Below are positions 37,291 to 49,800 of a stretch of 64,000 bases of DNA, in pieces. The notes beneath the pieces are model-generated. The model ran no database searches, was not told the DNA's origin, and saw only the letters and a list, made by a program, of their open reading frames with translations. How positions within the stretch are numbered: position 1 is the first letter of the stretch; every line of letters begins with the position of its first letter. Made by a program: the position numbers and the translations under genes. The DNA comes from Macrostomum lignano. Lineage: Eukaryota. Location of the stretch: contig NIVC01001503.1 of assembly GCA_002269645.1 (NCBI GenBank), positions 62,001 through 126,000 of the forward strand, read 5' to 3'.

Positions 37291-39919
37291 TCCCTTCTCC
37301 TTCTCCGCTCTCTCCTTTCTCTTATTTCTCTTCTCTATTCCTTCTCCTCCTCACTTCCTCTGGCCCGCAGTCATGCGCTAGGTTCTCTATTTGGCCCTTG
37401 ATGTAAAAAAACTTTGCCAACCCCTGAATTGAGCCTTTCTAGGGAACGTACAAGTTCCACTAAAATGATTTTCAATGTGTTCTAGTCATTTACCTTCAAT
37501 ATACTTTGTCGTCTACGGGCCCCAAACAGCTTTGAAAAATGCATAATCCGCGCCGAGTCATACTGCTCAAGATCGAGCTGCTTGCTCAGGCAGCAGGCCT
37601 CCCTACCAGACAGCACTCGGGTGTGCACTCGAGGCATTTCGTTGACTGCCTGCTGGCTGACTACGCGGAGCTGTCCGGATTCTGCTCAAGGACAACTAAA
37701 AGCAGGACGTTGCATTCGCAAATCGTAAAAATTTCGCTGGAGGCCTTCCCCGATTTTTGCTGCAAAATGCCCTGGCATGCGTTTCGTGCAAGGTTGATTA
37801 TCAAGTTTCTGGAGATCAAATTTTGCGAAAGTATACCATTTCAATAAAAGTGACATCAATTGTGCCTCGCCCATACACAAAACATTAACCTTGTGGCCAA
37901 TCGTGCAGCAGAATCAGTTCAACCGTGATGCATTCAACTTTGGCAAAAGTGACTTTAGTTTTAGTGACAAAAGACCTCGACATAAAGAGAACCGGCAATA
38001 GTACGAACTCCTGCTGAGAACCGCTGACTCACAATAGTGCCTCACAGGTGACAGACATATTTGCCGGATGGTTAATATTTTATGTATGAGTTTGCCACGA
38101 TTGAAGTCACTTTTGCCAAAATCGAGATTGCAATGGTATATTATTGAAGAACTCCAACTTTCAAATATACAGTTGTGTTTTCAAAACGAATTTTGTGTAA
38201 GGATTTGCTAAACAGGGTTTTGCCGTCCTTCTGCTTTTGTTGTGAGTGATTTTGCTTTTAGAGCAGACATGCCCTTGAAATTAAAGTCGGCCCGTACTCA
38301 TTGACCTTTCCCGTTTGAAGCAAAAATTATAGACGAAACAAGGAATGCCTTTTAGCAGTGTCATTTTTCGGTTGAAGTGTAGTATATGTTTTGCAATATA
38401 GACGCGATGCAAAAATGAAATGCAACACGAGTTTCGACAAACTCAATGCTGAAGTTGCTATAAGCCATGCGAGCTGGATGTACGGTGTACGGCCTAATTG
38501 CATTGCATGGAAGCATCAGACTAATTGAGCAGGTCTCAGTTTCTAATCAATTAGAACTAAGGCATCAATTAGACATGAGTAGCTATGTAAGTGTAAGAAT
38601 GCCTGCTTTTAGGTCGTGACATCTAATACCCGATTTGCCATTGCCATTTTATAGCAACTCAACACTTCTCTCCAAACTAAACTAATAAGAAATGGCAATC
38701 GGATCCGGCCTTCACCGGCAAATTCCCTGCAAATTCAATCTGGATAAAAGCTATGGCTATCGATGTCATCAGCAAACGGCGCACTTGAGTCACGAAACAG
38801 CGCTATAAGCTTCCACCCTCTGCTTATGCATGTGGTAGAAATTCATTTTCTCTTGTGTTTGGCTTGCCCAGACATAATCGGCATGCCCTAAGCCGCATTT
38901 GAAATATGGAATACATTATTTTCCTAATCTCTCGTGAGCAGCTTGATCTAGGAATAACAGGAAAAATTGCCCCGTTCCTTATTACTATTCTACCCTAATT
39001 CCCAAGTCAATAGCACCCAAAAAGGCCTGTCTGATTTCTACACAGTTAACCTTGCTCAAAAAGCTTGAAAATCTCGTTCACTTTAGATTTTCGAATTTCC
39101 CCTAGCCGAAGATTTAATCCTCAGCAGCTGAGATTGAATGAAATTTAGGACGGTCACAAACCATTATTGTTAATTTTGCAGGTCTTCAGCTAACTTAGTT
39201 TCCTGCATGGTTCCATCCTTTTTGTAGAATAATACATGCACGGTTCAGCAAATAAACTAGCTAATCAAAGCAAGGAGTAACATTACGAGTAGGTCCTACG
39301 GTCAGTACGGGATTAAAACTGGTTAATAATGAAAAAAGCTTCACGATGGCCAAGTGTTCAATATGAGGCACTTTTTCTTGATGCCCGGCCTGGCCATGCG
39401 TGTTGACGCGTGAACAACTATTAAGTATAGCCGTATAGTCATGCTGACATGTACATGTGCGTGCTGAACAGAATGCATTCATATGGTTCAAGGACATTAC
39501 CCTACTCTCCTTGCATGGATAAATCATGGATGAAGCATCCATGATGCCATGTATGGATCATACCTGAACATGTATGGAGCCATACCTGATCATACATGGT
39601 TCCACGTAAACTTCATCCATGGTTACTTTCCATCCATGTACATTGATGTATGATTTTAAATATAATTTTCCTTACTACACTACTGTTAGTAGAACGCAAT
39701 GTTTGCGTAGGTTCATTTTAAAGCTGAAATTTTCTAAACAAATTCGGCAGCATCTTTAGTGCTGCTGAGAAATATGTTTCCATTCCCTTATAAATCACTT
39801 TCAAAACAAAAAAGTATCAGAACAAATACTTATGCAATTAAATGTAGAAGTAATTGAAAACTCGTATGATGACCATTTCGAGACTTATATTATTAATGAT
39901 AATTAGGCATAATTCATTT

Positions 39920-40608
39920 CAAAGTACTGTAAGAAAAAATAAGACAGCTCAGTCTCAGAGAGCTTTAAAATACAGAATGGACAGAATTTGACGCATTTCA
40001 AGGTACTGTAAGAAAAAATAAGACAGCTCAGAGAGCTTTAAAATACAGAATAGACAGAATTTGACGCATTTCAAGGTACTGTAAGAAAAAATAAAACAGC
40101 TCAGAGAGCTTTAAAATACAGAATAGACAGAATTTGACGCATTTCAAGGTACTGTAAGAAAAAATAAAACAGCTCAGAGAGCTTTAAAATACAGAATAGA
40201 CAGAATTTGACGCATTTCAAGGTACTGTAAGAAAAAATAAAACAGCTCAGAGAGCTTTAAAATACAGAATAGACAGAATTTGACGCATTTCAAGGTACTG
40301 TAAGAAAAATAAAACAGCTCAGAGAGCTTTAAGATACAGAATAGACAGAATTTGACGCATTTCAAGGTACTGTAAGAAAAAATAAAACAGCTCAGAGAGC
40401 TTTAAGATACAGAATAGACAGAATTTGACGCATTTCAAGGTACTGTAAGAAAAAATAAAACAGCTCAGAGAGCTTTAAGATACAGAATAGACAGAATTTG
40501 ACGCATTTCAAGGTACTGTAAGAAAAAATAAAACAGCTCAGAGAGCTTTAAGATACAGAATAGACAGAATTTGACGCATTTCAAGGTACTGTAAGAAAAA
40601 ATAAAACA
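39920..40608. repeat. 73-bp tandem repeat (about 9.4 copies) inside the EnSpm element, downstream of the transposase
   Basis: Period measured at AGGTACT (40001, 40074, 40147). Confidence 0.95.
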
Positions 40609-40938
40609 GTAAATTTTACTGAACAGTCAATAAATAGAATTAGCCGAATTCGGTACGCATTAAGGGCAAGGGCCGACTAATCCTTTACGAAACGAAGTTA
40701 ATGCTGCATTAGTCAATTATTTGCGCACAGAAACTTGGAGATTTTGAATATGGAGAGATCGGACAAAGAGAGGTAACGGTGGGAGTCTGAGAGGGAGGAA
40801 GTTGGGCATCTGGAAAGTTATTCTGATTCCCTGATGGTTTTATCTTGGTCATGGAGCATAATTTTATTTTCTGCCAGACTTTGCAGCATTAATAATAAAA
40901 TAATCGGATCTAAGGTACGGACACATACTCGTACCTTT

Positions 40939-43239
40939 TTAATCATGTTCAAACTCTTTGAACAATGGCACAGCGCAATAACAGTCTTTGCTGAACGATT
41001 CTACTGGAACAGCGATGCAGGGTCGATCGACCTCTGAAAAATTAACTATACGTTCGCGTCTGGCCGATCTGGGCGCATTAGACAGGGATATCAATACAAA
41101 ATTGAATGTCGAAGACTTTTTGAACATGGATTCCAGCAATGCTTTCCAATTAAGTAAATCGATGGGGAAAGTTGCTGCTGGTACTCGTAAAACAAAATCA
41201 AACAGCGAACCAATGGGATCCAAAATTTGCACTCGAATAGTATTAGGCTCGAGGAACTCTGCAATAGTGCAGATTTCGCCGGACTTCAATTGGCAAAGAT
41301 GGTTAGAATTTTTCGACGCACAAGCTGAGCTTGTCGAGAAAAAATGTCCATTAAAATAAGCAAGTGAGTTTCGAAGAATACCATGTGGCCTGGATGGCTC
41401 TAAAGATATAGAGTTAACTGCATCCACTACAATAGAGTCCTTAACACAAGAAAAGTAGTGATGTAGCAACTTTTGAAACAAAAACTTGCGAACAAGCTGT
41501 GGGCCAAATGACACAGTTCCGCATAAGAACTTTTTGAACATGCCAATGGAGCTCTCAAATGCGAACATAGAATAATTAAATACAGGTCCGTACAATTCGT
41601 ACTGTTCAGCCATATGCAAAAGCAGGTGGAAATTAAGGCGGAGTACTTTCGGTCCGAATATTTGCTGAGCATTGGAGATAAAAGCTTTGCATAGCTTTTC
41701 GATATCAGTCTTATTTGATTGGGGGCTATACAACATGTGATAAATAAGAACTAAATTAGTTAACAGCAGTTTCAATGGAAAATGCGAAATTCTCTGCAAA
41801 AACGTAGGAAGAAGAAAGTATAGCGCAAAGTTTTTAAAATGCTTTGCTTTCCAATCTGAAAAGCCTTTAAAATTTGTGTTGATTGTGATGCTAGAAGGAG
41901 TTATAGATTGACGAATACAATTAGATATGAAATCCATGCAATTAGCTGAGCAAAAATACAACTCGCGCCTGTTTGCAGGTAATGACAGCTCTTCTAGTAG
42001 ATACTTGGTGTGGCCTTCGAAAAAGCAGTGTAAACTGTCAATAGGATTGCAGCTGGGAAACGGAACATAGTCTAACAAGCAACTGCGCATCTTTACGCCA
42101 AAAACAGGCCGATTTCGAATTTGTGCGAGCCGACAGTGTTCAAGATGGGAAGATGGGTTTCTCAAAGGAAACAAGTAGCCTTCACCATAGCGGAAGATCC
42201 AGTTTTTACCTTTCTCGGATACTTTAAAGCTCTCACCTGGGTGCAAGCACCTAGGACAGCTAAACGCACCATTGTACTGGTGAATGCAGAAGAGCTTAGC
42301 AAGAGCGGGCAAGTCACAAACAAAGAGTGTGTAATGGACATGAACGGTGTATTCCGAGAATATAAACTGTTTTGGCAAATTGTTCATAATTTCAGACAGA
42401 AAAGACTGGAAATGCGGGACTGCCTTCGATGAAACAAGAGCAATTAGAATTAAATTTGCAAAGCGTTGACGGATGTAAACAGGAAGGTTTAGAAGTTGAG
42501 CCTGAAATGGCCAAAAGCTACTCTGAACAGATTCAAAAAAATTGGCGCCATCAGCTGAGATTAGAAGATGCAAGTGAAGCGACTTGCCAGAAGATAGGCT
42601 TAAGCCTTGTTCTTTAACTATTTTGGAATTCAAAACGTCTGTGTTTTTATCCTTTTGCAATTCTTGCTCATACTGCAGAATAGTTGAAGTGTGGCTGCTT
42701 AAGATAGTCCGCAGCTGTGGAACAATATTGAGCTGTGTCACAGCAACCTTTGACTTTGGGGAATGAACCTGACACTGGCTTTTGCATTCTGGGCAAAAGC
42801 CAAATTCAGACACGTCACTATCATCAAGAGGGCAAGTATCTTGAATCAATGATTTGAGCAACTTGACGCTATTTGGAAGAGCTAGAGAATCTCTACTAAA
42901 AATAGAAAGTAGCTTCAGGAGTCTATCAAGAGCAGCCTCTGAAACTCCGGAAGTAATTGCCCACTGAAAAATCAGAGCCGCCTGCACACTGGGATCTGAG
43001 ATGGAAGCCAAATTCGCTAAGCTATCTGAACTCTCCTCAAGCACAGGCACAGCATTGTTTTCACCAATAAAAGTTTCCACAGCGTCAGGACAGCTGTGCG
43101 AGTGCGTTACACCGGCTTCGCTTGAAATTGAACTCCTATTACTTGTAGAAAAACTATTTGAGGGAGAAGAAATCGCCTGACAAGAGTAGGCTGAGTAATT
43201 AGTAGAAAGAGAGTGCTCAGATTCTGATTTACTAGACAT
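40939..43239 (-). CDS. EnSpm/CACTA-type DDE transposase, 766 aa, intronless and uninterrupted
   Basis: Motifs ISADGANFF (D), FVCDLPA (D), YNGAFSCPRC (CxxC), IDSLHCFFEG, WKAKHFK, NFHLLLH (HxxxH), YGPVFNYSMFAFES (E). Lies between TIRs. Confidence 0.93.
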   Translation of the reverse strand: MSSKSESEHSLSTNYSAYSCQAISSPSNSFSTSNRSSISSEAGVTHSHSCPDAVETFIGENNAVPVLEESSDSLANLASISDPSVQAALIFQWAITSGVSEAALDRLLKLLSIFSRDSLALPNSVKLLKSLIQDTCPLDDSDVSEFGFCPECKSQCQVHSPKSKVAVTQLNIVPQLRTILSSHTSTILQYEQELQKDKNTDVLNSKIVKEQGLSLSSGKSLHLHLLISADGANFFESVQSSFWPFQAQLLNLPVYIRQRFANLILIALVSSKAVPHFQSFLSEIMNNLPKQFIFSEYTVHVHYTLFVCDLPALAKLFCIHQYNGAFSCPRCLHPGESFKVSEKGKNWIFRYGEGYLFPLRNPSSHLEHCRLAQIRNRPVFGVKMRSCLLDYVPFPSCNPIDSLHCFFEGHTKYLLEELSLPANRRELYFCSANCMDFISNCIRQSITPSSITINTNFKGFSDWKAKHFKNFALYFLLPTFLQRISHFPLKLLLTNLVLIYHMLYSPQSNKTDIEKLCKAFISNAQQIFGPKVLRLNFHLLLHMAEQYELYGPVFNYSMFAFESSIGMFKKFLCGTVSFGPQLVRKFLFQKLLHHYFSCVKDSIVVDAVNSISLEPSRPHGILRNSLAYFNGHFFSTSSACASKNSNHLCQLKSGEICTIAEFLEPNTIRVQILDPIGSLFDFVLRVPAATFPIDLLNWKALLESMFKKSSTFNFVLISLSNAPRSARRERIVNFSEVDRPCIAVPVESFSKDCYCAVPLFKEFEHD

Positions 43240-43288
43240 AAAAATAGCAATTCAAATATTCAAAAGTTACTAGAATTTTTTCCGCAAT

Positions 43289-45239
43289 TCACGGTCCCAT
43301 TCGCCTTGAGCGGGAAATGGAATCCCCTGACTCGGGTCCAGAAGCAGCAGTTGAAGTTCGCTTTCTCGCCCGTGTCTCCTCCCTGGCCAGCTGATTGAGA
43401 TGGTCTCGTACAGACTTCCAGATTTCGTGGAAGTCGTAGCCAGATGTTCGATAGCACAATTGAAGCAAACCTGAAAATTCACGAGTATAGTAAAATATTT
43501 TTACAATAGACATTGTGTACTGTGTTTATAGTAGAAATAGGCTAAATTTAAAAGGAAGTTGATTTATGATGCTAATCATTAAATAGGTCAATGGGATGTA
43601 TTGAACTTTAGAACTATTTTTCCTCAATTTCTTTTATCTCAGACCTAAATGTGTTTTTTTAGAAAATATCCCAAGTATTGGATTCAGATCATTTAGCATT
43701 AATTAGCCTAAATTGCTTTATAATAAAAAAATTGCACAAAACTGTGAAAAAATTATATATATATATTTACGTTGAAACTCTGTCACATGCTCAGATGGAG
43801 CAGGCCTTCGGGAACTGCGAGCACCACAGGATGAATCGATTATATGCTCAAGCAAGTAGCCTTCGCCAAATCGCAGCTTGATATACCTTCGGAGGAACAC
43901 CTTAGGATCGTTGCAAAGAATTGAAGACAGCTCAGCTAGGGAACCATCAATGCACCTAAATTCCTAAAAAATGTTATTATATAGTAGAACTTTTATACTA
44001 CAGACGTGATGCTGCTGATGCTAAGAAAAAACTGACATACCTCATTTTGGTATTCTTTAATTGTTAGCATTCCACCAAAGTTGTCATCCTTTTTTAAAAG
44101 TCGGCATATCCTTGCAGCAAGACGCTTCTCAAGAGAAAGCAACTCGGATTGAATGAACAGTTTTAGATCTAGAGTAAGATATATGCTCATATATAAAAAT
44201 ATGGTGATTTTGATTTTTAATAATGTGATTGTATCATATTAAAAAAATAAAATTATACCTTTCATTGTTGCATCCGATTCACTGTTTACTATCTGTACCC
44301 CTCGGAGGGGTTGCACTTCTTGAATTGCACCTAGTGATAAAAAAGGCTTATTGCTACAAAAATATTGACTCATTTGGTATTTGGTTTTCAATTAGGTGTA
44401 ATAGAATATACAAACTTGATTCCAAGAGGCCTGTGGCACGAGCTTGCTCATTTTCAACCAAAGATGCCTCTCTCTCAAATGCAGAAATGGCTTTTTCTAA
44501 AAAATAATAATTAATCAAATAATACAACAAAAAAAACAAATTGCAAACAATTAATAGTTCATATATATTGCAGTTTTACCCATTGATTGAGTAGCTGGTA
44601 TCGCCAAATTTGGTTCGCCACTTTCACTATCCACTTCATAAAGCTCGTCAAGTAGTCCATGCTGATGACAACTAGAACTTGAAGCAACCTGCTTTGAACT
44701 AGATGACCTTATTGTCCTTACATTTGCAATGCCAGCTTGGGGATCTTTCATTGCAAAAAGCTCAATAGCTTGGCTAATCAATGAATCAGTATTTTCAGCC
44801 TCACTAACCAAGTTGGAAAGTTGGTTCATAGTTGAAGCCATTTGCCTTTCATTACCTTTTGCCACAAGTGTAGCAGAAAATAGTTTGCCATACATGCGTA
44901 AAAAGACTTTAGTCCCCTAAAATATAATTTAATAAAGTAATATTACATTTGTAGTTGGAATAATTTGTTTTAGAAACCATGTACTCAATAACAAAATATT
45001 ATGCATATAAATCCAACTTAAAATCTTACTTGTGCAAGTTCCAACTTTTCATCATTAGTTATTGTACTTGGCCAATAGGGAGACCCAAATGCAATGGTCA
45101 CATATTGCTCATCATGGCCAACATTGTGAAGAATAAAGCAGAAAAACAATGCTGAATTGTCATTTCCAAATTTAGAAGTACTTTTTGTCTGCTTTCGAAG
45201 AGGCCTAGAATTAGATGCACTTAATCCAATATCATCCAT
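43289..45239 (-). CDS. Transposon accessory protein of about 400 aa with a C-terminal BEN-like domain. Exons (minus): 45250-45030 (ATG at 45239), 44916-44580, 44496-44416, 44330-44259, 44168-44041, 43963-43771, 43470-43289.
   Basis: Six consecutive GT-AG introns all give matching phases (0,1,1,1,0,1) with no stop until 43289. The C-terminus DPKVFLRRYIKLRFGEGYLL...CGARSSRR...FQRLLQLCY...EIWKSVRDHLNQLAREETRARKR has a BEN-like pattern. An extra upstream exon is possible. Confidence 0.8.
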
Positions 45240-46893
45240 AACAATTTGTTCTGAAAAAGTTTCACAAGGAGATAAGGTTTGAAGAATCAATCAAGAGGCC
45301 AATGACAAACCAATTAGAATTGTATATAAAAAAAATTTAATGTAGGGACCCTAGGCCCCTATGATTTTAAATAAAAATTATAATATAAGGCCTAGGCCCT
45401 ATATATAGGCCTATAATTATAAAGTTGTGCCATTGTGGATTTTCTGATACAAAGTAGACAATATTAGGCCTAATTGGGCCTAGTCTAGTCTAGTTTTGAT
45501 TATAGACTGTATATTAGATACAAAGGACATGAAAGGTCTCGAAATTAAGTACCAATTACCATAATATACTATTATTTTTTATTATTTTGAAACTGTCAGC
45601 CTACCATGTGATTTTTATCATTAGGCTATGGCCTAGGTCTAGGATGCCACTTTAGACTAGGCCTTTGGCTTTGGTTAGGCCAACCTATCATTATAAAAAT
45701 GCAGCAAAATATCATTCAAAAATATACATCTAACCCCTATAGGTTATCTTTGCATCCCAAATATAATATATAATAGGGTTTCTATTTTCTAATATATCTA
45801 CAAATACAATTTTCACTGAAGGAGTGAAGATCAAAATTAGCATGTCAAAAAACCTTACAAGCCACCGAATTTTAAAACTAGCTACCAAAAGTGGAACTGG
45901 AAGTATATAGCTAAGAAAAAACATAAACATAAACATAGCACATAGTGACACATAATGAAATGATGACAACATGCAAGAGTGACAGAGTCCTCTTAGAAAG
46001 GAAAAATAGGCCTAGTAATTTATGTTTATGGGAAGTTAAGTCCGTAATTAACTAAACCGAAACAAAATGGCCAACAAAATTGCTGGTAATATATTCAAAG
46101 CAATTTGTAGGTGAAGATTTTAACAAATTTATTAAACTATTTTTTGTATTTACAATTTCGCTTTTATTAAATATATTTAAAACTTTATTAGATATACATA
46201 AAATAGCCTGAAATTTTTTATAAGCTTAGTTATTTATTTTCCCGTATGAACTCCCTGACATGGATGATTTTACCATGGAAAGTTTTAAAAATCCATGCAT
46301 GAAAATACCATGAACATGCATGATTTATCAATGGATCATGGATCATAGATGATTTATCCATGATAAGAGAGTAGGGTAGGTGGCTTAATTACATGCATAT
46401 ATGTACAATTTTTACCGAAAGAACCATAAGCCTCTCTATATACGACGTAAAATTACAGAACTGCAATTCTTTGTGGGCTAAAAGTTGTTGTGTTTGGTAC
46501 GCACTTATCGTTCAATAAAACTTGGCCACAGTCGCGTTTAATATCCATCGATCAACGGAGAAAACAGCTCAACAGAGAATTTAGCCCCTGATTCTGCCAT
46601 TGAGCCACACTAGCTGACGATCAGTGCTTATATTTTCAAATAGTTGGAGGCAATTTAGTTTAGAGAGATCCAATTAAACATTCCTCATTAATTCTACTGA
46701 CATTGGTGCCATGAATCCAGTTGATCATATGCTGACGACGTTTTACCTACAGCCACTACTGACAGTCGAGCGCTACACCAGCAAATCCTATATACTCGTA
46801 CATACTAAAGCTCTAACCCCTTTTTTCAGTACGAATGACAGTGCCGAAAGATTGTATACACACGTACATATAGCTCGCGTCGTGTTTTCACCA

Positions 46894-49800
46894 GGGTAAA
46901 CGGGTATCGGTAATTCACGGCCCGGCCCTGTCAACAAAAAAACAAAAAATACTGACCAGAATGCCGCATATTTTTAGAGTCAATTCCCAGTAAAAAAGGG
47001 TAGTCGGAATTCGATTGGAATCTGATCGGAATTTAATCGGCAGTCGGAATTTGCCGGAAAAGGTTTAAACCACAATATTTTGTTTTATATAACACGTTAC
47101 TATGATAATAAGCATAAAGTTAATACAAGAAAATGTTTTTCGAGCTATATTTGCGCAATCGGAAATTAGTCGGAAACCATCTCTTCTTCTTCCGATCGGA
47201 ATTTGTACTCATTTTTCTTCCTACTTTCCGATACAGCCATATTCATAACGCATGTGCTGTACTAAACGTGTTTTCTTGCTTTTATGTATTGCCAGAATGT
47301 GCAGAATATACCTTTATGATACAAAAAATTACTACAATAATTCAGTTTTTGTTTTGATGCCACAAAAAAATGCTGGCCATCCAATTTATATCGAAAGTAT
47401 TTAAAAAGCGATTTATTTTTTACCTTCCTCTCTATATAACCTTTTCGTTATATTTTTGCTTATGGCGTCTTTCCACTGGCACTAGCACTGGCACTGGCAA
47501 AAAATATTACTAAATGGTTATGAAAACCTACTTAATGCCTAACCACTATCTTATTAATTATTGCTAATTGCAATACTCCTAGGCCTACTCCTATTGCAAT
47601 TCCTACTTTACTAGGGCCTAGGCCTAGCCTATTTTACTACACATTTTTCTCAAGATTGTCTTTAAAGCAGTATTTTCATTTAACTACAACTACAACTTAT
47701 ACCTTTTTTCTTATATATAAAATTAATACTACCTAGTTTTAGGCTTTTAGTCATTGAATCTAAAAATATAGGGCCTTGGCCAGGCCCTAGTTAAACTTAC
47801 TTTAGACATTTAGTGTGTCTTATTAGGTTTACTCAATATACCTAACAATCAATAGACATTTGTTTAGGCTAAGGCATTTAAGCAAAGTAATTGAATAATG
47901 TCTATAGTTTACAATTGTATTTGTATATTATAATTTGCTTTTAGATAAGACTTTCTTTTTAGTATTATAATGAAGAATTATTAACTTATTATTTATAGAC
48001 TAGGCCTAGTAAGTAAATAATATAGGCCACATGTCAATAGCTATTTACAATTGCTTATAAAACATTTCTATGCTTAGAACTCTAGAACTCTAATTAAACT
48101 AAGACTCTAGACCCTGGAATGTTACATGTATGTCAGAAAATTTGGATATGCAAATGTCAAATGACTCATTTTAAAGTTGGCATACAAATTTTGGTGTACA
48201 ATTTATACATTTTTTGGCATACAAATTTTGGTATACAAATTCACATCCATTTTTGGCCTACAACTTTTGGTGAATAAATTTATGTTGAGCATGAAAATTT
48301 CAATGTAAATTAATGTGTTTACGTAAAATAAAGAAATATTTGTATACTCAAGAAATTAATAATAAACTTTCTACTTCTTTATAATTAAAAATGATTTAGA
48401 GTAGTAAAATTATTATTAAAATGTAAATGTTGCATCATTATTTTTATAGGTACAATTAAGTTTGTCTAAAATGAAAATATTTATAATATTTTAAAGAATA
48501 CTTTTCATACAAAAACCTTTCTTAGGAAACTCAACTTGTGAAAACCAAATGACCTTTTTAGGAGGCTTTTTTAGTTTACATTTTAAGGATTTTTTTGTTT
48601 TTGGCATACACTGTGGCATATATTTAGCTAAGATAAGATTCTTGTTCTAGCATACACTATTACACAATTGAGACCCTAGCTAAGACTTAGAATAATTTGG
48701 TCTTTTAATTTTGCCTTTAGAAATATTAAGATTTAGTATATATAGATAAATAAAGTACTATATATCTCAATGTCAAATGAAAGTTCTAGTAGAGAATAGG
48801 TCAATGAGATAATTTGATAAAAAATACTCAGGACATTATATCCTTAGAATACATTATTTATAATAGTAAATATGATTGTACATTTTGATTATGCTAGTAT
48901 TAATTTTTTATTGTTTATATTATTTCTCTTAGTTATCATAGGGCACTGTTAGACTAAGACTAGGCCCCTAGTTCTAGCTTTACTAAGTATGCTATAGCTT
49001 GTATTATTATCTTATCAATGGCTTCTGCTTCTATTTCAGACACTGCTGGTCTAGATGTGGTGCATTAGTGCAAAGGTGCCACAGTCTGTTTGCTACATAA
49101 TGGATGGGATCTCTAGGTTCAGTTCAAGACTGGGGAAAAGGATCCTGGAAGAGCTGACTAGGCCTAGCTAACAAGGATCAAAGGTCAAATTGTCTTTGAA
49201 TATGTACAAGCATACTTTGGCAAGATCTTCAAGGGTATGTGTTCTTTGTGTTTTTATTCTTATAGTATATTCCAATTGCTTTTATACCAGTTTTAAAGAT
49301 TGCAAATGTTAAGTTTTTTCTTGCCTTGCCTGAAGACAACTATTCTCCTTATTTTTTTATTTCCAAATCTTTCTAATGACAGTGAAGGTGCCCAACTGGT
49401 CTGCTGATCATGCCATTAACTCTAAATTACTCAATGCAGGACCATATCCTCCGAGTTCTCTGGATTGCATCAAAGGCCATTTAGAGCTTCTGCGATGGCG
49501 TCTGAAAGTGCAAGAGCTCCAGACCAACATTTGTGGAGTGTCAGTGGAGGAAGCAATTGCGACAATGAAGCGCCTCTGCCGCCACCTGTGATGACAAACC
49601 ATGTGCTGACTCTGGCTGTAAGTTTGCTGACTGATAATGCAGCCGTTTGGTTCACAACATTTATCTAGCTAGCTAGCTTTTTGCATTCATGTGTTGTTCA
49701 TCAATCATATTATTGTATTATTCTGCATTTGTTTTCTGTATTTTATTATTTGTTTTCGGCACTCATTTTCTGCATATATTGCATTATTATTATGCTCTTG

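Larger units (their letters stand above)
34770..37426. mobile_element. Non-autonomous hAT-like element (2657 bp) enclosing the His-rich gene and a LINE fragment
   Basis: Left end CAAGGGTCCGCAAACT and right end (reverse complement) CAGGGGTTGGCAAAGT match at 12/16. GGCC-rich subterminal motifs lie at both ends. Flanks AATTTAGC (34762-34769) and AATTGAGC (37427-37434) form an 8-bp TSD with one mismatch. Confidence 0.66.
39500..46376 (-). mobile_element. Apparently full-length EnSpm/CACTA (CMC superfamily) DNA transposon, 6877 bp
   Basis: Left terminal inverted repeat (TIR) CCCTACTCTCCTTGCATGGATAAATCAT and right TIR (reverse complement) CCCTACTCTCTTATCATGGATAAATCAT match at 25/28. TA lies on both flanks (39498-39499, 46377-46378), and CATGGA-type subterminal repeats lie at both ends. 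Encodes an intact transposase and an accessory gene. Confidence 0.9.
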
